From Pokkaliibacter sp. MBI-7 (lineage in GTDB: Bacteria; Pseudomonadota; Gammaproteobacteria; Pseudomonadales; Balneatricaceae): a DNA stretch of 64,000 nt. The stretch covers positions 103,853-167,852 of the forward strand of contig NZ_JARVTG010000002.1 of assembly GCF_029846635.1 (NCBI RefSeq), in the 5' to 3' direction. Shown piece after piece: positions 28,863 through 37,429 of this stretch (positions within the stretch are counted from its first letter, which is position 1; each line of letters begins with the position of its first letter). The position numbers were made by a program, and so were the translations under genes. The notes beneath the pieces are model-generated. The model was given only the letters and a program-made list of their open reading frames with translations, had not been told where the DNA came from and searched no databases.

Positions 28863-29602
28863 GCTGATCCTCCTTCGCTGAGCGGGCGGTTGTGTGGTTG
28901 TTGCAGGGCCTTACGCAATGGCTCACGGGCCGCAACATAGGCCTTCAGCAAGGCCTCATCGCCACTGATGGCGTCGTCAGTAGTGAGGTTATCCAGAGTC
29001 TCCTGACGCTCCAGCTGACTGGCATCACTGTTCAGGGCATCAAGCAGCCGGTTGTGGCGGCGGAACAGACGCACAATGAAATACAGCGATGGCAGCGCCA
29101 CCAGCATGGCGATCAGCCCTGCCCAGATCAGCGTCTGGCGTACAGAAGTGCGAGTAGCGGCAAAGACGTCATCATGCTGGGCGATACTCAGGTACCCTGC
29201 ACACGCACCCAGGCTATCGGTCAGTGCGGCAGTGACTGTGGCACTGTCCTTATTGAAGTGTGTACCGACGGATGGAGGCGCTGCGGTCGCTGGCGTATCG
29301 CCACTGCTGGCAATCAGCTGCTGCTGGCAGCTGTAGACAGCCACATTGGCAAGATCGGGGTATTGGTTCACTGGACGCTGCAATATATCCTGCAGGTTTT
29401 CCAGTGCATTGAGCTGCAGGCCAAGATCAATACCGATCAGCAGATCACGTTTGATTTCGCTGGCGATGACATCAAGGCGCTGAGTGACCAGACGGTCATA
29501 GGCCTCTTCGTAACGCAGGATGTTGAGCGTGGTGGTCAGGGTAATGGCCATGGCCAGGACCGCAATCAAGGCGGCCGCCACTTTGCCGGTAAGTCCGGTC
29601 AT
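28859..29602 (-). CDS. Membrane protein: TM-periplasmic domain(~120 aa)-TM-cytoplasmic helical tail, paralogous to the N-terminus of the MFS fusion
   Basis: IGIDLGLQLNALENLQDILQRPVNQYPDLANVAVYS aligns with LGIPLQHLVGIDELYQQLAASDSDLDFLVVST. ATGA overlap with the downstream gene. Confidence 0.6.
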   Translation of the reverse strand: MTGLTGKVAAALIAVLAMAITLTTTLNILRYEEAYDRLVTQRLDVIASEIKRDLLIGIDLGLQLNALENLQDILQRPVNQYPDLANVAVYSCQQQLIASSGDTPATAAPPSVGTHFNKDSATVTAALTDSLGACAGYLSIAQHDDVFAATRTSVRQTLIWAGLIAMLVALPSLYFIVRLFRRHNRLLDALNSDASQLERQETLDNLTTDDAISGDEALLKAYVAAREPLRKALQQPHNRPLSEGGSA

Positions 29603-30200
29603 TGTCTGGCTCCGGGTGGACAGAATGCATACTGCACAAGTGCAACTGAACAGGGATATACCCGCTATTGGCTACGATTTATGGAATTGATGTCAATTTT
29701 TTATCGCAAAGTGCGTTTAAAGTAGCAGGGCTGCCGGTATTCTTCCCGTGAAAACCCTGGTCGTGTAACGCGATGGGTAAAAATTGACGCTTTCCGGGTA
29801 GGATCACTCAGTAAAGGTAATTTTTGATTTGTATTCAGAGGTTTGACGCCTGCACATGGGGCGCCTATCTTTAGCTTACTTTTGCTTACACTCTGATCAG
29901 GCGGGGTAGTTTTTGCGTGATTCATGGTGTCTGCTAACGGGGATTGCTCACAGGTGGTATCGACGGTTTTCTTTGCAAGGAGAGAACAGGTCGAAGAGAG
30001 GCATGAGGTTAAAGACGCACGTTGTCGTCGTAACGTCATGATCAGTCTCCTCAATAGGAAGAAGTAAAAGCCGAAGGCGGGTGATGAAAGATGCTTGGTG
30101 ACAGTGAATCGAGTAACCCAGTGCTCACGGCGATTTGACAATGACAGCCATCAGGTGGACGGCACAGCCGATCCACTTTTGCTAATTCAAGGAGAACACC

Positions 30201-30785
30201 ATGGTCAGCAAGACAGACACTCCCCAGGACAAACCTACTCCCGAAGTTGAGGCAACCGCTGCTGAAGCGACAGTGGAGCCTGAAGTTCAGGAGGCTGTCA
30301 TCAGCCTGGATCTTGATGCCCAGGCACGCAAGATCATCCGCCACAACTGCTATTGGTCCATGGGCGCCGGGCTTATTCCCTTTATTTTCGTAGACACTGC
30401 CGCACTGATCGCTGTTCAGCTGAAAATGCTGAAGGAGCTGGGTGATCTGTACGGTGTGCCATTCAAGGCCAACGCGGGCAAATCTGCCGTGACTTCCTTG
30501 CTGGCAGGCGCGGGTTCTGGCTATCTGGGTTACAAGACGGTCACTTCAGGTGTGGTGCGCCGACTGGTGCGCAAGACGCCCGTGATCGGCACTGCGATTA
30601 CGCTGGCCACTATGCCCGCTTTTGATTCTGCCTTTACTTACGCTGTGGGTAAGGTTTTCCATCGTCATTTCGCTTCAGGTGGTGACTTCCTGAGCTTCAA
30701 TGCCAAGAAAGTTCAGGCTGAAGTCAACGAAACCATTGAAGAAGTGAAAGCTAAGGGTGTTGACGCGGCTCAGGCTGCTGCCTGA
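30201..30785 (+). CDS. DUF697-like protein, paralog B, with an acidic N-terminal extension
   Basis: SMGAGLIPFIFVDTAALIAVQLKMLKELGDLYGVPF...TPVIGTAITLATMPAFDSAFTYAVGKVF is homologous to 24625-25089. RBS AAGGAG. Confidence 0.65.
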   Translation: MVSKTDTPQDKPTPEVEATAAEATVEPEVQEAVISLDLDAQARKIIRHNCYWSMGAGLIPFIFVDTAALIAVQLKMLKELGDLYGVPFKANAGKSAVTSLLAGAGSGYLGYKTVTSGVVRRLVRKTPVIGTAITLATMPAFDSAFTYAVGKVFHRHFASGGDFLSFNAKKVQAEVNETIEEVKAKGVDAAQAAA

Positions 30786-31012
30786 TCCCTTTAAATCGTG
30801 AACACGTTCTTGTGATGACTGCAGGCTGGTACGCAGTAGCGTGCCAGCCTGTCATTGTCAGTACATCGATCCAACAGACAGAAAAGCGTATCAGCTGCTC
30901 AGTCTGAACGTGTTTACCGGATAGATTCTCTGTCTTCATTCGCATATAACGTGTCTTCCACACACGTTATTAATTCAGAGCGCAGATTCAGTCACTGCCT
31001 TGAGGGACACCG

Positions 31013-31210
31013 ATGCCGATTATCATGGCCATTCTTTATCTGACCGCCTGCGCCATTTGCGGTTTGATGGGGCGCAGGACTGCCTTTGGCTTTCTCGGTC
31101 ATTTCCTTCTGTCTCTCGTTATCACCCCAGTAGGTGACTTTCTGGTGCAGATCGTCAGTCGTCCTTCACGCGAGCTTCGTCAGAAGCTTGATAAGTTGGA
31201 TCTGGATTAA
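31013..31210 (+). CDS. Small predicted membrane protein (65 aa, 2 TM)
   Basis: RBS GAGGGA sits 6 nt before the ATG. Hydrophobic segments ILYLTACAICGLM and FLGHFLLSLVITPVG. Confidence 0.4.
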   Translation: MPIIMAILYLTACAICGLMGRRTAFGFLGHFLLSLVITPVGDFLVQIVSRPSRELRQKLDKLDLD

Positions 31211-31297
31211 GCGCCGGTCGTGGCGTAGTAGCAGCCCAGTCAGTATGGCTGCGAGCAGATCATCAGTAACAGGGAAGCGGGACAGCACAGGCGGACC

Positions 31298-32704
31298 ATG
31301 ACGGAAACCAACCTTTCTCAGCAACAGTCTTCGCAAACGGGTGGTTCCCGTTGGCAACGTTTTTCTGCCTGGCGCGAGGAGCGGGCGCTTCGTATTGGTA
31401 AATGGCTGAAGCGGCACTCGATGCCAATCTATATCAGCATGCTGATGTTTGTGCTGAGCCTGATCATTCTCGCCCCCAATATCTTCATCAACGTACCGGC
31501 TGGCCATGCTGGCGTGCTGTGGCTGCGCTTCTTTGGCGGTACCGTCACCGATCATTACTACGGTGAAGGTCTGCATATGATCTTCCCGTGGGATGAAATG
31601 TATATCTATGACACCCGCCTGCAGAACAGTGCGCGGGTGTATGACACCATCTCCTCCAATGGTCTGAGCATGCAGGTGGAAATTGCCGTGCGCTATCGCG
31701 TCAATAAGGATGCGCTGGGCATGCTGCATAAACTGGTAGGCCCGGACTATCCCGAAATTCTGGTGTATCCGGAGATTGGCTCCCATGCACGGGAACTGAT
31801 TTCCCGTTATACCCCCGAACAGCTTTACACTGAAACCCGTGCTTTCATTCAGGCGCAGATTCTGCAACGCATGGTGACGCAGCTGGGCAACTCCCTGATC
31901 AATCAGAGTTCCCATGGCCGACTGGTCAATGTGGAGGATGTGCTGATTCGTTCGGTGAAGTTGCCTGACAAGGTCGCCCAGGCCATCGAGCGCAAGGCAG
32001 AACAGTATCAGGCCATGCTTGAGTACGATTTCCGTATTGCCCGCGAGAAAAAGGAAAGGGATCGTAAGATCATCGAGGCGGAAGGTATTCGCGCTTTCCA
32101 GGACATCGTGGCAAAAACCATTACACCTGAATATCTGCGCCTGCGCGGTATCGATGCCACCATGGCACTGGCGACCTCGCAGAACAGTAAGATGATCATT
32201 ATTGGTGGCAAAGATGGCCTGCCGGTCATTCTCAATACCGGAGATGTTGCCCCGTCGTCTGCCGCTGCGACCTCAGACAATACCGGGTTGAGCCCTTCGC
32301 TGGACATCACTTCACCTAATGCAAAAATGCAGGATGTGACACCGCCCAATGCAGCGATTCCCAGTGCTAATACCAGTCCGGGGGCGGGTAAGTCGCCAGC
32401 GGCGGCACCCCTGACCGGGGCCAGTACCAATGGCTTCCCCAGCTCAGCGGAGATGCGGGGGCGGTTATTTTCGACCGATGCCGTAACAGACCAGCAGTCT
32501 GTCCTGCCGGAAGGCAGTGGTACACCTGTGACTCACGAGCAGGCTGCGGTGGTGGATGGCCTTGCCGCTCAGCAGTCAGCGGGGGCTGCCATGATGTTGC
32601 AGCAAGCCGCCCGACAGCAGCAAATGAGCGGTCAGCAGGCGATGCAACAGCAACTGTTGCGACAAGCCCAGCAGACTAGTGGGCAGCCAGCAATGGCGAA
32701 ATAA
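31298..32704 (+). CDS. SPFH/band-7 (prohibitin/HflKC-like) membrane protein with a long Ser/Pro/Ala/Gln-rich low-complexity C-terminal tail
   Basis: N-terminal TM, SPFH core (VRYRVNKDALGMLH...IRSVKLPDKVAQAIERKAEQ), then ~170 aa of low complexity. Confidence 0.8.
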   Translation: MTETNLSQQQSSQTGGSRWQRFSAWREERALRIGKWLKRHSMPIYISMLMFVLSLIILAPNIFINVPAGHAGVLWLRFFGGTVTDHYYGEGLHMIFPWDEMYIYDTRLQNSARVYDTISSNGLSMQVEIAVRYRVNKDALGMLHKLVGPDYPEILVYPEIGSHARELISRYTPEQLYTETRAFIQAQILQRMVTQLGNSLINQSSHGRLVNVEDVLIRSVKLPDKVAQAIERKAEQYQAMLEYDFRIAREKKERDRKIIEAEGIRAFQDIVAKTITPEYLRLRGIDATMALATSQNSKMIIIGGKDGLPVILNTGDVAPSSAAATSDNTGLSPSLDITSPNAKMQDVTPPNAAIPSANTSPGAGKSPAAAPLTGASTNGFPSSAEMRGRLFSTDAVTDQQSVLPEGSGTPVTHEQAAVVDGLAAQQSAGAAMMLQQAARQQQMSGQQAMQQQLLRQAQQTSGQPAMAK

Positions 32705-32737
32705 AAGGCTGATGTACTCGGGATATTGTGCTGTATG

Positions 32738-32773
32738 GACGGGAGAGGAAGGCCTCAGCGTGGCTCTCCCGTC
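32738..32773 (+). terminator. 10-bp stem hairpin (GACGGGAGAG...CTCTCCCGTC) between the convergent SPFH and yaeQ genes
   Basis: Inverted repeat 34 nt after the SPFH stop. Confidence 0.4.
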
Positions 32774-32909
32774 ATCCTGAAGTGTGTAAAGACCTAACCT
32801 GCATCTGTACAGGGCGTGGGCAAACAGCATGAGCACATGACTGATGTGCGGTAGTCGAATCGCCCCTGTGAACGCTCACTCCAGTTTGGTCTGGGCGACT
32901 GGAAAACCC

Positions 32910-33446
32910 TTATTTCAAACGTTCCAGATCAACCTGAATGCTGCTGGCGCTGCTGTTCATCCACACCTGCCCATCCTGAATCATGCATTGCCAGTCCATG
33001 GTTCGTGCGGTCTGCTCCGCCAGTAACTGCGTTGCTTCTTCTGGCAGGTTATAGACTTCTACATTGTCAAAACGCTGCAGCTTGTCTTCGATCCCCTTCC
33101 ACCACAATCCTGCGTTACGGCCGCCATAGCAGTACACCACCACGCGGCGTGCACGGCTGCTGGCTTTACGCAGACGGCGTTCGTCCGGCAGCCCCACTTC
33201 AATCCAGGTCTCGATGTCGCCAGTCAGTTGTTTTTGCCAGAGATCGGGCTCTTCATCGTTGCTCAGGCCTTTACAGAACTCCAGCTGTTCATCGGCCTGC
33301 AGGGCAAACGCCAGCAACCGCACCATCATGCGTTCATCGGTCTCTGAAGGATGACGTGCCAGAGTCAGCGAATAGGACTGGTAGTGGTGACGGTCCATAT
33401 CACTGACATTGAGTTCGGATTTGAAGACGGTTGCCTTGAGGGCCAT
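32910..33446 (-). CDS. yaeQ: YaeQ family protein
   Basis: MALKATVFKSELNVSDMDRHHYQSYSLTLARHPSETDERMMVRLLAFAL is almost identical in pattern to E. coli YaeQ. Confidence 0.85.
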   Translation of the reverse strand: MALKATVFKSELNVSDMDRHHYQSYSLTLARHPSETDERMMVRLLAFALQADEQLEFCKGLSNDEEPDLWQKQLTGDIETWIEVGLPDERRLRKASSRARRVVVYCYGGRNAGLWWKGIEDKLQRFDNVEVYNLPEEATQLLAEQTARTMDWQCMIQDGQVWMNSSASSIQVDLERLK

Positions 33447-33912
33447 GAAACTTACCTGTTCACTGCATAGACGTGGGGCACAGAGTTTCCGTTGAGCGGC
33501 AGGGCGAATGCAAGCATGAGTGAGTAAAACGGCTAAAGAAGCCTGTTAACCTCAGCGATATGCAGGCACAAAACGTCATATTTTTGCTGTATATTTTTCC
33601 AGTCCTGTCATGGCTATTCCGATGTAACTTGGTTATCTTGCCCAGGCAGTCTGTAGTGTTGTGAGAGCGTGCGACGATCAGTCCTGTCAGGGCAGATCGA
33701 GGCTGTGTGGCTGATGTGCAGCGTATTGAGCGCACGTTTTCACAAAAATTGTAAGAGCGAGTACACGATCTTCTGCGTGCTGGCCTCACGGCGTTGGAGA
33801 GACCTTCGGAATGCCGGTTTGCTATCAGCAAACTGCACTTCCTCAGTGCTTTCTACTTTGTTTGGCTCTGGTTCGCGAGAGTATGTACAGGTTCTAAGAA
33901 AAGGAAATTCCC

Positions 33913-36540
33913 TTGCCCACGTTACCGCTTAACTGGCTAAACCGCTGCTACATGCGTACCAGAGCGTTGACCCTTCATGAAACTGGCCTGGAGGCTGGAC
34001 GTAAATTATTGCCCATCCCTGAAGTGGACCAGCGAGTCCGCCTTGAACGTGGCTGGGTTTTCCACCGCCTGCACTGGGGCGACTTCCGTCTGCGACTGTT
34101 TCGTCAGTCCGGTCTGGATGACTGGGGGCAATGGCTGCAGGAGGCTCATCAGGTCTATTGCCAGGCGCAACTGAAGGGTATCCATCAGCAGATGCTGGAA
34201 ATGGCTGAGCAGTTCGAGCTGCAAATGGCCGGGCGTCAGCGTTACTGGCGTCACAGCCAGATAGAAGACTGGTTACCGCATTTTGCCGAGATAGCTCCCT
34301 ATTTTCAGTTGCTGGACCGTTTTGAGGATCTGCAGCTGAAAGTCACCGATGCGATGCGCGCGCTGGCCAAGTTACTGGCAGACCCGGAAGGCTGTCGGCA
34401 CACCTTCAACCAGATGCTGATGGAACAGCAGCAAGCCCGTTTCAAGACCTTCTTTGATCAGCTGGAGGCACACCCCCTGACTCAGGACCAGCGTCTGGCA
34501 TGCCTGACAGATGAGGATAATGTTCTGGTTCTGGCGGGGGCCGGAACCGGCAAGACCAGTACCCTGTGTGCCAAGGCTGCGTGGCTGGTGGAAGCGGGGC
34601 TGGCACAGCCAGAAGAGATTCTTATCCTGGCGTATGGCAAGGATGCCAGCCTGGAGTTGAAGCAGCGTCTGGCAGCCTATACCGAACGTCAGCAGCCGTT
34701 ACGCTCTGCTAATCCTTCGTTCAGTGAACCGGCTGCTGCCGACAATATGTACATGGATAAGGCCCAGGATGCGGCCAAAAGTGCTGCGCTGGACAAGATC
34801 AAGGTGTCTACCTTTCATGCCTTTGGCAAGGAGCTGATGGATGCCATCCCCGGGCAGAAGGCGACGGTAAGTCCGCTGGCGACTGATGCACGTGCCATGC
34901 GCCGCTTTGTCGATGACTGGTTACACAGTCAGTTTGCCGAGCTGAAGTCGGCCAGGCATCTGGTCATTTACGCCGCTTACTATCTGTATCCGCTGCAGTC
35001 TGAAGAGTGCTTTACCGGCTTTCCTGCCTATCAGCGTTACGTGCGTGAGCAGGAAGTGCGTACGCTGGCCGGGGAACGGGTTAAAAGTTATGGCGAGCTG
35101 GAAATTGCCAACACCCTGTTTCTGCTGGGTATCGAATACCAGTATGAGCCAGGGTATCCCCACACGCATGAGTTGCTGAACAAGCCTTACCGACCTGACT
35201 TCTATCTGCCCCAGCTGGATATCTATCTTGAACATGTTGGGGAGAGTGACGAGCAGTCAAAAGACCCTGAAAGTCGCCAGTACCGACAGGAGCTGGAGTG
35301 GAAGCGTGAAGTCCATACCGCTTGTGGTACTACCCTTATCTGTACCTACAGTCATGAAGCACAGGAAGGGCTGGCGGCGTTGCTGGAAGCACGGCTCAAA
35401 GCCGCTTGTCGAACGCAAAAGCGCCCATGGAAGGAGCTGATCCAGCCACGGGCACCCCAGGCCATATTGGAACAGCTGCAACGTCAGGGGCAAATGGGGC
35501 GCTTGTCCCAACTGCTGGCAGACTGCCTCAGCCGCTTCAAGGAAAGCCGGTTGAGTCTCAAGGACATGCAGCAAAGTGGTGATCTGAGTCTGGAGGGTCG
35601 ACGCCTGGCAGCCTTTGCCGTGTTGCTCGAAGGGCTGGTTAAGCACTATCAGCAGTATCTCAGGCTCGCGGGGCAAATGGATTTCAGTGACATGATCCGG
35701 GTGGCCTGGAAGTCGCTGGCCAAGGACAACTTTCATAGCAAAACGCAGTACCGTTTTCGTTACCGCTATCTGCTGGTAGACGAGTTTCAGGATATCTCTC
35801 CGCAAAGAGCCGAACTGCTCAAAGCGCTGAAAGCGGCAGATCCATCGACCAGCCTGTTTGCCGTGGGTGACGACTGGCAGGCCATTTACCGGTTCAACGG
35901 CGGAGATGTGCGGCTGACCTTCAATTTTGCCGAGCATTTTGGTCATACCGCGCAGGTCGTGCTGGGCACCACCTTCCGTTTTAATAACCGTATTGCGGCA
36001 GTGGCCAACCGTTTCGTCCAGAGTAACCCGGCACAGTTGCCGAAAACCCTGCAAAGTCTGATCTCCAGCAACCGTGCCGAGATCGTCCTGCTGGCAGGGC
36101 AGAAAGAGGAAGTCATAGGGCAGGCACTGGCGGCAATACAGCAGGAGAATCAGCAGACAGAAAAAACCGTGTCAGTCATGCTGCTGGCAAGGATGAATCG
36201 CAGTGAACCTGATGTGAACGAATGGGCCGACAGCTATCCGGGTTTGCGTCTGGAGTTTATGACGGCACATAAAGCCAAAGGCTGCGAGGCAGACTACGTC
36301 ATCTTGCTGGATGTGGTGCAGGGGGAAACGGGCTTTCCTTCCAATAAACCACACGATCCCCTGATTGACTGCTTTCTGGCTGACAAGGAAGAGTTTGAGG
36401 ATGCGGAGGAGCGACGGCTGTTTTATGTGGCACTGACGCGGGCACGACGCCGGGTGTTTATTCATACGCAGCGTGGTGAGGAGTCGGTCTTTGTCAAAGA
36501 GCTGCAGCGCTACAAGAAAGAAGTACTGAATTGGGTTTAA
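33913..36540 (+). CDS. helD: DNA helicase IV (HelD, UvrD superfamily 1) carrying an internal Vsr/DUF559-like endonuclease-fold insertion
   Basis: LVLAGAGTGKTS (Walker A), LLVDEFQDISPQRAELL, LFAVGDDWQAIYRFNGG (matches E. coli HelD almost exactly), TAHKAKGCEADYVILLD, RRLFYVALTRAR. Insertion: YGELEIANTLFLLGIEYQYEP...YRPDFYLPQLDIYLEHVGE. The start is uncertain (TTG at 33913 with AAGGAA RBS, or ATG at 33952). Confidence 0.85.
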   Translation: MPTLPLNWLNRCYMRTRALTLHETGLEAGRKLLPIPEVDQRVRLERGWVFHRLHWGDFRLRLFRQSGLDDWGQWLQEAHQVYCQAQLKGIHQQMLEMAEQFELQMAGRQRYWRHSQIEDWLPHFAEIAPYFQLLDRFEDLQLKVTDAMRALAKLLADPEGCRHTFNQMLMEQQQARFKTFFDQLEAHPLTQDQRLACLTDEDNVLVLAGAGTGKTSTLCAKAAWLVEAGLAQPEEILILAYGKDASLELKQRLAAYTERQQPLRSANPSFSEPAAADNMYMDKAQDAAKSAALDKIKVSTFHAFGKELMDAIPGQKATVSPLATDARAMRRFVDDWLHSQFAELKSARHLVIYAAYYLYPLQSEECFTGFPAYQRYVREQEVRTLAGERVKSYGELEIANTLFLLGIEYQYEPGYPHTHELLNKPYRPDFYLPQLDIYLEHVGESDEQSKDPESRQYRQELEWKREVHTACGTTLICTYSHEAQEGLAALLEARLKAACRTQKRPWKELIQPRAPQAILEQLQRQGQMGRLSQLLADCLSRFKESRLSLKDMQQSGDLSLEGRRLAAFAVLLEGLVKHYQQYLRLAGQMDFSDMIRVAWKSLAKDNFHSKTQYRFRYRYLLVDEFQDISPQRAELLKALKAADPSTSLFAVGDDWQAIYRFNGGDVRLTFNFAEHFGHTAQVVLGTTFRFNNRIAAVANRFVQSNPAQLPKTLQSLISSNRAEIVLLAGQKEEVIGQALAAIQQENQQTEKTVSVMLLARMNRSEPDVNEWADSYPGLRLEFMTAHKAKGCEADYVILLDVVQGETGFPSNKPHDPLIDCFLADKEEFEDAEERRLFYVALTRARRRVFIHTQRGEESVFVKELQRYKKEVLNWV

Positions 36541-36587
36541 TCAGCAGCCCTGCAGGGGTGGCATCCAAACAGGAGAAACTGAACAAT

Positions 36588-37028
36588 ATGACCATGTTTG
36601 CTTGCGCCCGGTATCGATGCCGACCTGTGGCTCTGCTGGCAGGTTGCCTGTGCCTGTCAGGGTTTTTTGCGGTATCAGCGCTGGCAGAAGGCAGACTGCG
36701 GATTCTCGATTGCCAGATCACCCGTCATTGCGATGGTGCAGGGCAGTGTACTGCCGGAGGGGAGTCGTTGGTCTTTCAGATGGCACCGCAGCATCTGGAT
36801 GAAGGTGGCGCCGGCAGTTATCAACTGAGTTACGGGGCACCGGGGCAGGGCGAAGTGAAGTTGCCCATGACGGCAACCTCCTATGCGGGCCCGTTCATGT
36901 GGAGCATGGCGGAGGAGCGCGACACTTTACTGGCCAGTTCTGAAAGCCTGTTTCTCTGGCACCAGCTGCGATTAACGCCAACACCACAGGCAACGGTGTC
37001 CTTCCTCAGCTGTACCCTGCGTCAATAG
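36588..37028 (+). CDS. Hypothetical Cys-rich secreted protein or lipoprotein
   Basis: Signal peptide with LAGC lipobox-like motif (MTMFACARYRCRPVALLAGCLCLSG). A 6-bp hairpin follows the stop (37041-37060). Confidence 0.45.
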   Translation: MTMFACARYRCRPVALLAGCLCLSGFFAVSALAEGRLRILDCQITRHCDGAGQCTAGGESLVFQMAPQHLDEGGAGSYQLSYGAPGQGEVKLPMTATSYAGPFMWSMAEERDTLLASSESLFLWHQLRLTPTPQATVSFLSCTLRQ

Positions 37029-37429
37029 CGTGCCCGTTGTCAGTCCGCTGCAGGACTGGCTTCTGAATGTTTCCATTCATGCCACGGTTGGCATAGATCA
37101 GCATGAACTGGAGAAGTTGAGTACCACCCTGTACAGCTGCGCGGATTCTGCGATACTGTCGCCCGCAGGAGGCCACATACTCAAACAACCTCCTGTATCT
37201 CCCTTACCTGTCTATTTCTTACGTTAACGTTCTTTCCCTGAAGCTCTCTTCTTACTCTGGATTCAGCGAGCCTGTGATCCGGGGTGATGCTGCGCGCATG
37301 TCATGGTTCGGGCGTATTCGTCGTCGAGTAACACAGTGTAAGGGAATTCCCCGCGGGGGGAGCTGTTTATTCCTTTGGTTGATCGGCAATAATCGCCAAG
37401 GGGTGGTTGGGCGCATCGGAGCAGTGTGT

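Noticed and set aside
29701-30141. 146-aa minus-strand ORF spanning the AT-rich intergenic island
   Set aside because: Sequence composition is unlike a protein (Leu/Ser/Thr/Arg runs, no motifs). It has no RBS and lies in an obvious promoter region. Treated as non-coding.
31166-31915. 249-aa minus-strand ORF
   Set aside because: Antisense to the well-supported SPFH gene. No family resemblance.
35257-36054. 265-aa minus-strand ORF
   Set aside because: Antisense to helD, which has unambiguous helicase motifs on the plus strand.
37274-37429. N-terminal 52-codon extension of acyltransferase paralog 1 (and TTG 38489 extension of paralog 2)
   Set aside because: The Arg-rich extension has no counterpart in the paralog. 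Positionally equivalent GTG starts with GGAG RBS exist in both genes.
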